From positions 1 through 32,049 of the forward strand of contig NW_021832202.1 in assembly GCF_006345805.1 (NCBI RefSeq): 32,049 bases of DNA, read 5' to 3'. This DNA is from Octopus sinensis (Eukaryota). The stretch's first letter is position 1. Each line of letters begins with the position of its first letter. Below are positions 22,790 to 32,049 of the stretch, in pieces. The translations under genes were made by a program, and so were the position numbers. The notes under the pieces are model-generated. The model saw only the letters and a program-made list of their open reading frames with translations, was not told the DNA's origin and ran no database searches.

Positions 22790-23365
22790 AGAATAGCAAG
22801 TTCTGGGGAAGGGGAGGAGTCGATTACATCGACCCTAGTGTGTAACTGGTACTTATTTTATCGACTCCAAAAGGATGAAAGGCAACGTCGACCTCAGCGG
22901 AATTTGAACTCAAAACATAAAGACAGATGAAATACCTATTTCTTTACTACCCGCAAGGGGCTACACACAGAGAGGACAAACAAGGACAGACAAACGGATT
23001 AAGTCGATTATATCGACCCCAGTGCGTAACTGGTACTTATTTAATCGACCCCGAAAGGATGAAAGGCAAAGTCGACCTCGGCGGAATTTGAACTCAGAAT
23101 GTAGCGGCGGACGAAATGCCTATTTCTTTATTATCCATAAGGGGCTAAACATAGAAGGGACAAACAACGACAGACATAGGTATTAAGTCGATTATATCGA
23201 CCCCAGTGCGACCCTCAGTGTTTCACTAGTACTTATTTAATCGACCCCGAAAGGATGAAAGGTAAAGTCGACCTCGGCGGAATTTGAACTCAGAACGTAG
23301 TGGCGGACGAAATACCGCTAAGCATTTTCTCCGGCGTCCTGGCGATTTTACCAGCTCGCTGCTTT
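22790..23365 (-). mobile_element. Family B SINE as a head-to-tail trimer
   Basis: The Nin-domain block occurs three times. The linker tatttcttta starts at 22937 and 23121 (184-bp period), and only the rightmost unit has the 5' head. Confidence 0.85.
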
Positions 23366-23574
23366 GGACTGTATCAATATAATAAGACTGAATTCTTTTG
23401 GGGATTTTTAAAATCAAATTCGTTAAGAATTTTCATTAATTAAAACGAAATACTTATTAAAAAGAAGCAATGATACAAAACAACGAAAGAATTATTATTT
23501 GTAAACCAAGTAATTTTTTTATTAGTTATACTTTTTAATTCATAAATTGATCAACAATTCCATGAAGGGCTCAA

Positions 23575-24209
23575 GGATGTAAGAAGTGTTCCTATGCACT
23601 TCTTTGATTCGTATTTTACTCTACTGAACCTCCGTAGCCATTCAATCCTACTGTACTTTTATAATTAAACTAGCAGTATCGCCTGGCGTTGCTCTGGTTT
23701 GTAAGGGAAATAACTATATAAGCATTTTTAGAGAGTTATAGCCCCAAAATAGCAAAAAAATGCATTAAAAATGGAAAAAAATTATGGTAAATTTTTTTTA
23801 AAATCGTTGACTCATCGTAGACATTTTTAGAGAGTTACTTCCCTTATATAATAGCGAAAAAATGCATTAAAATGGAAAAAATTGATGGTAATTTTTTTTT
23901 TAAATCGTAGACTCATCGTAGACGCGCGGTAATACCCAGAAGGGCTCGATATGAATCACGACTATAAGATACCTGGTTTTGGTTAAACTGCACCGCAAAA
24001 TGTGGGAGTAGTTAGGAATCTAAATCGTAGGAGACAGACACACAACTTGACTTTTATATATAAAGATAATATTTAGAAATTGTATTAAAAAATTGTTAGA
24101 ATATTTTGTGTATTGTAGAATTATAACCAAATTATTGCAGATAAATTTAAGCAAAAAACTCTGATATGGACCTCTAAGGGCCATATGGACCCCAACTGAG
24201 AACCACTGG
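23575..24209 (-). mobile_element. hAT-like MITE split by a Helitron insertion
   Basis: The minus-strand start CAGTGGTTCTCA (24209) is typical of hAT/Charlie-type termini. The left piece (..gtagccattcaat) is similar to 24313-24360. Confidence 0.5.
23670..24066 (-). mobile_element. Non-autonomous Helitron, copy 1, with a duplicated internal block
   Basis: The minus strand begins A|TC, ends CTAG|T and has a degenerate GC-rich hairpin just upstream of the 3' end. It is near-identical to 30422..30708. Confidence 0.85.
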
Positions 24210-24280
24210 TTCAAACCACTGCAGAAAGATCGTAGCAGGGAACTGATTCCACCTGGTTTTACTACATTCTCTGTCAAACT

Positions 24281-24508
24281 CCGTAGTTCTCAACCATTTT
24301 CTGCCTCTGGACTCCTTTCGTTCTTATTTCACTCTACTAGATTCCCACAGCCATTCAATGTACATAAAAAAATACCCTTTTATATTTTTATGATAAAATA
24401 TTAGGAAATGTATAAAAAAAATTAGTGTATATAAATTTATAGCACATAAATGTTAACAGCAATTATGTAGACCCCACAAGGGCCAAAGGGACCTCGGTTG
24501 GGCACAAG
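24281..24508 (-). mobile_element. Second degenerate copy of the hAT-like MITE
   Basis: gttctcaaccatttt terminus, plus similarity of 24313-24360 to 23602-23646. Confidence 0.4.
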
Positions 24509-24707
24509 AAGTTTAAATGGTTGAAATGCGACAGATTCAGCTCAACTCACTTACAGGCCTCAAATGGTGGTGGTAAACAAGGCGACTGATTAGGTCGTTT
24601 ATTTTTATTGTTACTTAGCTCGAAGCCAGTTCCGATTTAAATAAACCTATGATCAAAATCCGGTATACGCAGCTGAAGCAATGTTTAATCAAAATAGCCA
24701 TCTATAA

Positions 24708-24825
24708 CCGTGGTTGTGTGGTAAGCGGCTCGGTTACTAATCACATAGTTCCGGGTTCAGTCCCACTGTGTGGCACCCTGGGCAAATGTCTTCTACAATA
24801 ACTTCGATCCGACAAAAGCCTTGTG
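24708..24825 (+). mobile_element. Family A SINE, 5' part
   Basis: gtggttgtgtggtaag..ttccgggttcagtcccactgtgtggcaccctgggcaaatgtctt. Confidence 0.8.
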
Positions 24826-24900
24826 TGTGTGTGTGTGTGTGTGTGTGTGAGTGTGTTTGTGTGTGTGCACGCGCACGTATTAAAATTAGAAGAGAGTATA

Positions 24901-25117
24901 CAGGGTGTCCATAAATTTACCTTTAGAATTTGAAAAATTCAGAAAATGGAGGATAACTCGGCAGAGTTTATTGGGAAACATAGGCAAACGAATAAAGTTT
25001 TATTAGAAACTACCAGAGCGCATCCACGTGGGCGCCATTGGATGCATGCAACACATCGAGACAATACAATGCAATAGATTGTGAAAGTTGTAGTAAAGAT
25101 AATTTATGAGTACCCTG
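24901..25117. mobile_element. Tc1/mariner-type MITE (217 bp) with TA target-site duplication
   Basis: TA|CAGGGTGTCCATAAATT ... AATTTATGAGTACCCTG|TA: imperfect TIRs with TA on both sides. Confidence 0.8.
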
Positions 25118-25166
25118 TAGAACTACGAGTTATGAACACACACACACACACACACGCGCGCGCACA

Positions 25167-25209
<43 letters not shown>

Positions 25210-25951
25210 ACACATACACATATACAGAGCTCGTGTTTTTTATTTTTCTCTTCTTAATTTGTCTACTTTTCTGATTCATTATTTTTAATGTTCTTCTCTT
25301 CGAGGTGACCCGTATCAGAACAAGATTACTCTTAATTGAGGTCAATCTCGTATCTGAGTCATTTTGACATAAATTATAGCATAAATAATTTCTTAGAACC
25401 TCTTTTGTCATTTTGTTTTTCTCTTTCTATGACTATTATAAATATTTACTTTCCTTTCTTTCTCTCATATTTTCTTGTTATCTTATCATTTCTTTTCTTT
25501 CCATTTTCCACTGTTATTGTTCGTAATATATATGTACAGACACGTTGTTTTGTTCTTCGCACAGAATTCTGTTTATTCTTCTATTCCTAGCCAACCACCG
25601 TCATCAGAAAACTCCTGCTCAGAATCTAACTGTTTATCTTTATATTTAAAACACAAACGACCATGCTTTGTTCAGTTTTTTTTCCACCCTTCTTCTAACA
25701 AATCGTTGTTACTTGGCTGTTTTTTTTCCTTTAACATGTCTGTTTTATCATACCATTTCCAGAAGAAAATAAAAAGCAAACCCCAGAACCACCCCCAAAT
25801 CAAGGAGGCCACTGCCATGGGGTTTGCAGTGGTGAGAACAGCCAACGAGGATCGCCATGTGAAGGGAGAACGGAATTGAGTTGTTGCTTTGCGAAATGAT
25901 GAGGACTGGATGGCACGAATAATCGACTGCTTGAATATTCGACTAAAAAAG

Positions 25952-26133
25952 GCCCTCATAGAGAAAACTGTCTATAGACTAAAAAAGGCCCTCATAGACA
26001 AAACTGTCTATAGACTAAAAAAGGCCCTCATAGAGAAAACTGTCCCTGTTTCCACTGCAGACGACACACACACAGCATTACAAACACGACCCGCAGATGA
26101 CACACACACAGCATTACAAACACGACCCGCAGA
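25952..26133. repeat. Two adjacent 36-bp minisatellites (about x3 and x2)
   Basis: gactaaaaaaggccctcatagagaaaactgtctata x~3, then gcagacgacacacacacagcattacaaacacgaccc x2. Confidence 0.9.
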
Positions 26134-26382
26134 CCCACCTTCACATTCCATGACTACCATTGAGATCGATCAGGTGTCGGACAAGGATTCTAAATTATTT
26201 TTCCATTTGTTTTTACTTAATTTTTGAGAGCGGTCGGGTTCATTTTTAGTATTCTTGTCTGTGAGAGCAGTCGTGTTTATTTCAGATATTCTCATTTAAA
26301 AAATCATCTCCGGCTAATCGTTGAGAGGACGTTGGTGTTGCCTTGGCGGAGGTTTGCTCTCTCTGAGTTCTCTTGTTATTAT

Positions 26383-26762
26383 TAAGGTGGCGAGTTGACA
26401 GTGTCATTGGCAGGCCGGGAAAAATGCTTAGCGGCATTTCGTCCATCATTACGTTCTGAGTTTAAATTCCGCCGAGGTCGGCTTTGTCTTTCATCCCTTC
26501 CGGGGTCGATAAAATAACTACTTACTACTTGTGGCGATATTCACCCTGAGCGAGTTGAGTCGGCTTCTTCTACCGCCCTCGAGGCATCTCGAACCATGGC
26601 AGCCCACGCACGACGGTCCTGCGCCAGTTCACTGGAGATAGCGAGCCAGTCACGGTTCCATCGGTGCAGGTAAAATAAGTACCAGTTGAACACTGAGGAG
26701 GGGGTCGATATAATCGACTTTATCCCTACCCCGAAATTCTGGACTTGTGCCAAAATTTGAAA
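26383..26762 (+). mobile_element. Family B SINE interrupted by an RTE insertion
   Basis: Head ggtggcgagttg..; Nin domain up to ggggtcgataaaataa; the SINE resumes at taaaataagtaccagttg. Confidence 0.85.
26522..26670 (-). mobile_element. 5'-truncated RTE LINE 3' end (149 bp) with a 12-bp TSD
   Basis: Encodes WLAISSELAQDRRAWAAMVRDA (RTE C-terminal AQDR..W motif) and has a short gtaag-type tail. The flanking repeats are taaaataactac (26510-26521) and taaaataagtac (26671-26682). Confidence 0.85.
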
Positions 26763-27234
26763 CCGATATAACGATACAGGTTGATAAATATATTTGGAAA
26801 ATCAATTAAATTTTAGTGAGGTCATCGCCTACACACGTAACCTTCTTCACATTGTGAAGATTCTAACATAAGTATACAACTAATCACCACATTAAACGCC
26901 CCTACAACAAAACATATCCGTAGGTGTTTTATTAGGTGGACGTTGCTGGCAAATAAAAAAAGGACAAGAATCATTATATTCTATTTTGAATTGTCTTATT
27001 TTTATTTCGTACTTTCACACCGCACCTGAGTGTGTCTATCTCTGTGTGACTTGGCTATGTGAAGTATTTTGTTTTAGTTTCGTAATTCTTATTGTAATGA
27101 ATATACTTTATGCTATGTGTGTGTGTGAGAGAGCATGTGTGTGAGAGCATGTGTGTGTATGTGTGTGTGTGTGTAGTGTTTTGTAGTGTTAGTATATTGG
27201 CAAAACTCTACGTAACATTATTGGGTTGCCAGTA

Positions 27235-27655
27235 AGGTGGCGAGCTAGCTGAGTCATTAGTAGGCCGGATAAAATGCTTAGCTGCATTTCATCCGAATTT
27301 ACGTTCTGAGTTGAGATTCCATTTGTCACCCTTTCGGGGTTGATGAAACCACTTGAATCCTGGGGTCGATGTAGTCGACTTACCTACTCCCCCAAAATTG
27401 CTGGCCTGGTGCCAAATGTGAAACTAATATCAAGAGATAATACAAAATGGCGTGCTGGCGGAATCGGCAGCACGCCGGAGAAAATGCTTGGCGGCATTTC
27501 ATCCGTCTTTACGATTTGAGTTCAAACTCCGCCGAGGTCGACGTTGCCTTTCATCCTTTCTGGGTCGATAAAATAAATACCAGTTGGGTTCTGGGGGAGA
27601 TCGATGCAATCGTCTACCCCCCTCCCCGAAATTGCAGGCCTTGTGCCAAAATTGG
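27235..27655 (+). mobile_element. Two adjacent family B SINE copies (27235-27425 and 27447-27655)
   Basis: Both have the head, a B box (gagttcaaactcc in the second copy), the Nin domain and the 3' end ggccttgtgccaaa. Confidence 0.8.
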
Positions 27656-27794
27656 ATTGTCAGACAAATTTGTTGGTTTTTTTTCTATTTAATTTTTTCC
27701 CCAACTTGGCACCCCATGGGTATATCTCTGAAGGAAAGAGGTAGAATTAATTCGAATTTCAAAAACGATGAACCATAGTTGTAGAAGAGGTATA

Positions 27795-28098
27795 ACTGGC
27801 ACTCCGTCGGCTGCGACGACGAGGGTTCCACTTGATCCGATCAACGGAACAGCTTGCTCATCAAATTAACGTGCAAGTGGCTGAGTACTCCACAGACACG
27901 CGTACCCTTAACAGGGGAGATTCAGCGTGACACAGAATGTGACAAGGCTGGATCATTTGAAATACAGATACAACTCATTTTTGCCAGCTGAGTGGACTGG
28001 GGCAACGTGAAATAAAGTGTCTTGCTCAAGGACACATTGCACCACTGGAAATTGAACTCACGATCTTACGTTCATGAACAGAATACCCTAACCACTAT
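27795..28098 (-). mobile_element. tRNA-derived SINE with a Meta/V-like domain (family E)
   Basis: The minus strand reads tagtggttagggtattc...gtgagttcaatttcc...tgtgtccttgagcaagacactttatttcacgttg. Confidence 0.7.
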
Positions 28099-28244
28099 AG
28101 AGCTACAAAGCAAAACAAAAAAAACACTATAAAACACTACAACCATAGGCGCAGGCGTGGCTGTGTGGTAAGAAGCTTGCTGTCGTATATATGTATGTGT
28201 CTTTCTGACTCTGTTTCCCCCACCCCTCCACTCCACCACTACAC

Positions 28245-28530
28245 GGGCTCGATAAATTAGGTACCAGTTGCATACTGGGGTCGATCTAATCGACAGGCAC
28301 CCCTACCCCAAAATTTCGGGCCTTGTACCTAGAGTAGAAAAAAATATTGCTAGCTAGTGTATTGACAGAGAGCTTATCAGTATTTTGCCTGGATTGATAA
28401 TCCTTCACTAATCCTCACTTTGACTTTTATCCTTTCTGGGTCGATAAATTAAGTGCCAGTTACGTACTGGGGTCGATCTAATCGATGGCACCCTCCCCCG
28501 AAATTTCGGGCCTTGTGCCTAGAATAGAAA
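28245..28530 (+). mobile_element. Two family B SINE 3' fragments
   Basis: A duplicated block cgataaatta.gt.ccagtt...tactggggtcgatctaatcga...aaatttcgggccttgt.cctaga. Confidence 0.75.
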
Positions 28531-28974
28531 ATTATATATATATACTTTTAATAATAAATATTAGGGAATAAATCCAAACTTAATTTATGTATTGGCTTAA
28601 GTCTTTCTTTGTTTGATTTGCATAATAGTGGTTTTGTCTCTAATTTAATATAATATATATACTTTTATATAATCTATATCCATGTCTGTCTGTCTACCTG
28701 TCTACCTGCCTGTCTGCCTACCCGTCTGTCTGTCTGTTTGTCTGTCAGTCTGTCTGTAGAAAAGAGTAGAAAAGAATAGATCTTAAGCACTTTCAATTCC
28801 TCTTTCCTATGAATACATCGTGTTCATTTATATCAAAGTTTACAGCCTAAAACCAGCTTTGTTTGGGTCAGTGCTGATTTATCTGCACCCGGATATGCAA
28901 TCATAATACATTATGCGCAGTATTAAATATACGTCACCAGGATTTATTTGGAAGAAAAGTGACGTAACTTTTCT

Positions 28975-29388
28975 AGGCGCAGGAGTGGCTGTGTGGTAAG
29001 TAGCTTACTAACCAACAACATGGTTCCGGGTTCAGTCCCACTGCGTGGCACCTTGGGCAAGTGTCTTCTGCTACAGCCCGGGCTGACCAATGCTTTGTGA
29101 GTGGATTTGGTAGACGGAAACTGAAAGAACCTGTCGTATATATGTATATATTGTATATGTATGTGTGTGTGTGTTTGTTGTGTGTCTGTGTTTGTTCCCC
29201 CCAATATCGCTGACAACCGATGCTGGTGGTTTACGTCCCCGTCACTTAGCGGTTCGACAAAAGAGACCGATAGAATAAGTACTGGGCTTACAATGAATAA
29301 GTCCCGGGTTCGATTTGCTCGACTAAAGGCGGTGCTCCAGCATGGCCGCAGTCAAATGGCTGAAACAAGTAAAAGAGTAAAGAGTAAA
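28975..29388 (+). mobile_element. Full-length family A SINE
   Basis: Highly similar to 10578..10995. Confidence 0.9.
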
Positions 29389-29424
29389 TGAAAGTTTGGA
29401 CGAGCGGTTAGGATACTTGACACT

Positions 29425-29634
29425 TTCTTTTTCTTTTCTCTTTAACTTGTTTCAGTCATTTGACTGCGGCCATGCTGGAGCACCGCCTTTTTTAATCGAG
29501 CAACTCGACCCCGGGACTTATTCTTTTGTAAGCCCAGTACTTATTCTATCGGTCTCTTTTGCCGAACCGCTAAGTAACGGGGACATAAACACACCAGCAT
29601 CGGTTGTCAAACAATGCTAATGGGACAAACACAG

Positions 29635-29665
<31 letters not shown>

Positions 29666-29830
29666 CATATATACGACGGGCTTCTTTCAGTTTCCGTCTA
29701 CCAAATCCACTCACAAGGCTTTGGTTGGCCCGAGGCTATAGTAGAAGACACTTGCCCAAGGTGCCACGCAGTGGGACTGAACCCGGAACCATGTGGTTGG
29801 TAAGCAAGCTACTTACCACACAGCCACTCC
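29425..29830 (-). mobile_element. Full-length family A SINE, inverted relative to the preceding copy
   Basis: Reverse complement of 28975..29388. Confidence 0.9.
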
Positions 29831-29959
29831 ATGGACTGCGGCCATGCTGGAGTACTACCTTGAAGGATGGTTTTAGTCGAGTAGAGCCACCCCGGTACTT
29901 CTTTTTAATCGCGGTACTTGTTCTATCAGCTACTTATAACCGAACTGCCTTGTAACTGG

Positions 29960-30315
29960 AACACTGCCTTTGGTCGAACAAATAGACTCCCACCCAGGAC
30001 TTATTCTTTGTAAGTCTAGTACTTTTTCTATCCGAAATTTTTGCCAAACCGCTAAGTTACGGGGATGTAAACACACCAACATCGGTTGTCAAGCGATGGT
30101 GGAGGACAAACACAGACACACAAATACACACGCGCGCGCGCGCACATACGACGAGCTTCTTTCAGTTTCCGTCTCCCAAATCCACTCACAAGGCTTTGGT
30201 CGGCGTCCGTAGCTATAGCAGAAGACACTTGCCCAAGGTACCACGCAGTGGGACTGAACCCGGGACCATGTGGTTGGGAAGCAAGCTTCTTACCGCACAG
30301 CCACTCCTGCGCCTA
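29960..30315 (-). mobile_element. Family A SINE with the tail missing
   Basis: cagccactcctgcgcct head at the right end; same internal blocks as the other copies. Confidence 0.85.
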
Positions 30316-30341
30316 TATATATATATTATATTTGTAATACA

Positions 30342-30822
30342 TAGGAAGGGGTGCTGAAAAGCTCCTGGCTTTGCGTAAAAGAAAATACAGAAGGATCAGT
30401 TAATTATGATTTTATTCACCACTAGCAGTATCGCTCGGCGTTGCTCGGGTTTGTAAGGGAAATAACTATATAAGCATTTTAGAGAGTTACTTCCCTTATA
30501 TAATAGCAAAAAAATGCAATAAAAATGGGAAAAAATTATGGTAAATTTTTTTTTAAATCGTAGACGCGCGCTAATACCCAGAAGGGCTCGATATGAATCA
30601 CGACTATAAGATACCCGCTTTTGGTTACACTGCACCGCAAAATGTGGGAGTAGTTAGGAATCTAAATCGTAGGAGACAGACACACAACCTCTCTTTTATA
30701 TATAAAGATATTCCCCTCTTGGATTCATACAGTTATTGCCGCGGTCCTTCAGTTTTTCTAAGCTCTCCAAAAGAACCTGGAAGGTTGATCCTCCAGCCAG
30801 GCCCTTCACGATACCCTTAACG
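30342..30822. mobile_element. Mariner-like MITE remnant hosting Helitron copy 2
   Basis: The left end ta-ggaaggggtgctgaaaagctcctggc resembles mariner TIRs (TACGAGGG..CTGAAAAGT). The right TIR is not clearly present. Confidence 0.5.
30422..30708 (-). mobile_element. Non-autonomous Helitron, copy 2 (287 bp)
   Basis: A|TCTTTATATATAAAAG ... cccgagcaacgccgagcgatactgCTAG|T. Confidence 0.88.
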
Positions 30823-30844
30823 CCAATATATGTACATATATTAG

Positions 30845-31025
30845 TTTCTAATTTTGGCACAAGGCCAGTATGTTTGGGGAGAGATAAAGTCGATTACAGC
30901 GACCCCAATGTCTCAACTGGTACTTAATTTATTCTCAAAGTTTAAAAAACAAAGTTGACCTCAGCGGAATTTGAACTCAGATCGTAAAGACGGACGAAAT
31001 GCCGCTTAGCACTTTTGTGGTCCGG
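30845..31025 (-). mobile_element. Family B SINE
   Basis: aattttggcacaaggccag...gttgacctcagcggaatttgaactcag. Confidence 0.75.
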
Positions 31026-31244
31026 CACCATCCTTCCCCACAGTCATCTGTAACTCCAGGAGAACTTTTTTTCTTTTATTGAAACACTAACAATCAAACT
31101 AGAATAGATAAAATGCAAACATATTTCTATGCAATAAAAAAATATCTGAGGTTCGAACTTCGTTTTGTATCCGAAGAAGGTAAAAGGGGATGGACGCTCG
31201 AAATTTCGGGGACTGTTTATAACAACTACATCAACAGCAACGCC

Positions 31245-31368
31245 AACTGCCTCCTCCTCCTCCTCTTCCTCCTCCTCCTCATCATCATCGTCATCGTCAT
31301 CGTCATCGTCGTCGTCATCATCGTCATCATCACCACCATCACCACCACCACCACCACCACCACCACCA

Positions 31369-31407
<39 letters not shown>

Positions 31408-31429
31408 GTCGTCGTCGTCGTCGTCGTCG

Positions 31430-31461
<32 letters not shown>

Positions 31462-31520
31462 ATCATCATCATCTGCAACAGCGGCAATAACGACGACAAC
31501 AACAACTACAGCTACGACTA
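31245..31520. repeat. (TCC)/(TCA)/(TCG)/(CAC) compound trinucleotide array
   Basis: Directly visible. Confidence 0.9.
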
Positions 31521-31534
31521 CCTTTTAAACTTTC

Positions 31535-31735
31535 CCAAAAGTACACATTTTGTGAGGAGTGAACAGTCGATTAACTCGACCTTAGTACATAACTGGTATT
31601 TTACAAATAAGGAACCTAGGAGAACGAAAGGCAAAGTTGACCTCCGTAGGATTTCAATAGAGAACGCAAAGGGCTGTAACTCAGTACCACAAGGTATTCT
31701 ATCCGATGCTCTGCAAATTTTGCGTATCCAATAAC
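31535..31735 (-). mobile_element. Degenerate family B SINE
   Basis: aactggtatttt...gaaaggcaaagttgacctcc. Confidence 0.55.
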
Positions 31736-31998
31736 TCTTCCTGGAATAATTTGATTTCTAACATAGATACATGGCCAAATATTTTATGGTGAATTGTAGA
31801 ATGAATAAAGAATATAACTGGTACTTTGTTTTAAGATGGCCAAAAGAAAAAGGAGGAGAAGAAAGCAGAAAAGAAGACAAAAGCGACGAAAACAAAATGA
31901 CGTCGGATGGTTTAATTAAAATGAGGAGCAGCGAGCAGCAAATTATGAATAAGATATTAGATAATTAGCTAAATGGTGAATGAGAAATTGAAACGATA

Positions 31999-32049
<51 letters not shown>

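Noticed and set aside
25952-26133. CRISPR-like 36-bp repeats
   Set aside because: The units are directly tandem with no spacers, the context is eukaryotic, and there are no cas genes.
26338-26378. ccttggcggaggtttgctctctctgag as a Helentron-like terminus
   Set aside because: Only one short end is visible, which is too little to call an element.

Overview
AT-rich, microsatellite- and SINE-dense eukaryotic DNA. The repeat landscape suggests a cephalopod (Octopus-like) genome, which is an inference. The only convincing gene is an intronless 379-aa class A GPCR on the minus strand (4124..5263). It aligns without gaps to human FFAR4/GPR120 over roughly the first 137 residues and keeps the N21-R22-x-x-F25-x-F27-F28-S29 motif and the carboxylate-binding R99. 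The rest is mobile-element and repeat DNA: at least four tRNA-derived SINE families, RTE LINE remnants, a Dong/R4-type LINE inside a (TAA)n tract, two non-autonomous Helitrons nested in DNA-transposon MITEs, a Tc1/mariner MITE and very long compound microsatellites. The most unusual signal is a set of decayed hammerhead-ribozyme motifs in short repeats (19893..19929 minus, 19461..19530 plus, 7043..7075 minus inside a tRNA-SINE, with weaker ones at 18287..18348 and 6955..6990). These suggest Penelope/retrozyme-like ribozyme-bearing elements, but none is intact in this window. Nearly all long ORFs in the ORF track are microsatellite artefacts. All homology calls are from motif recognition, not database searches.
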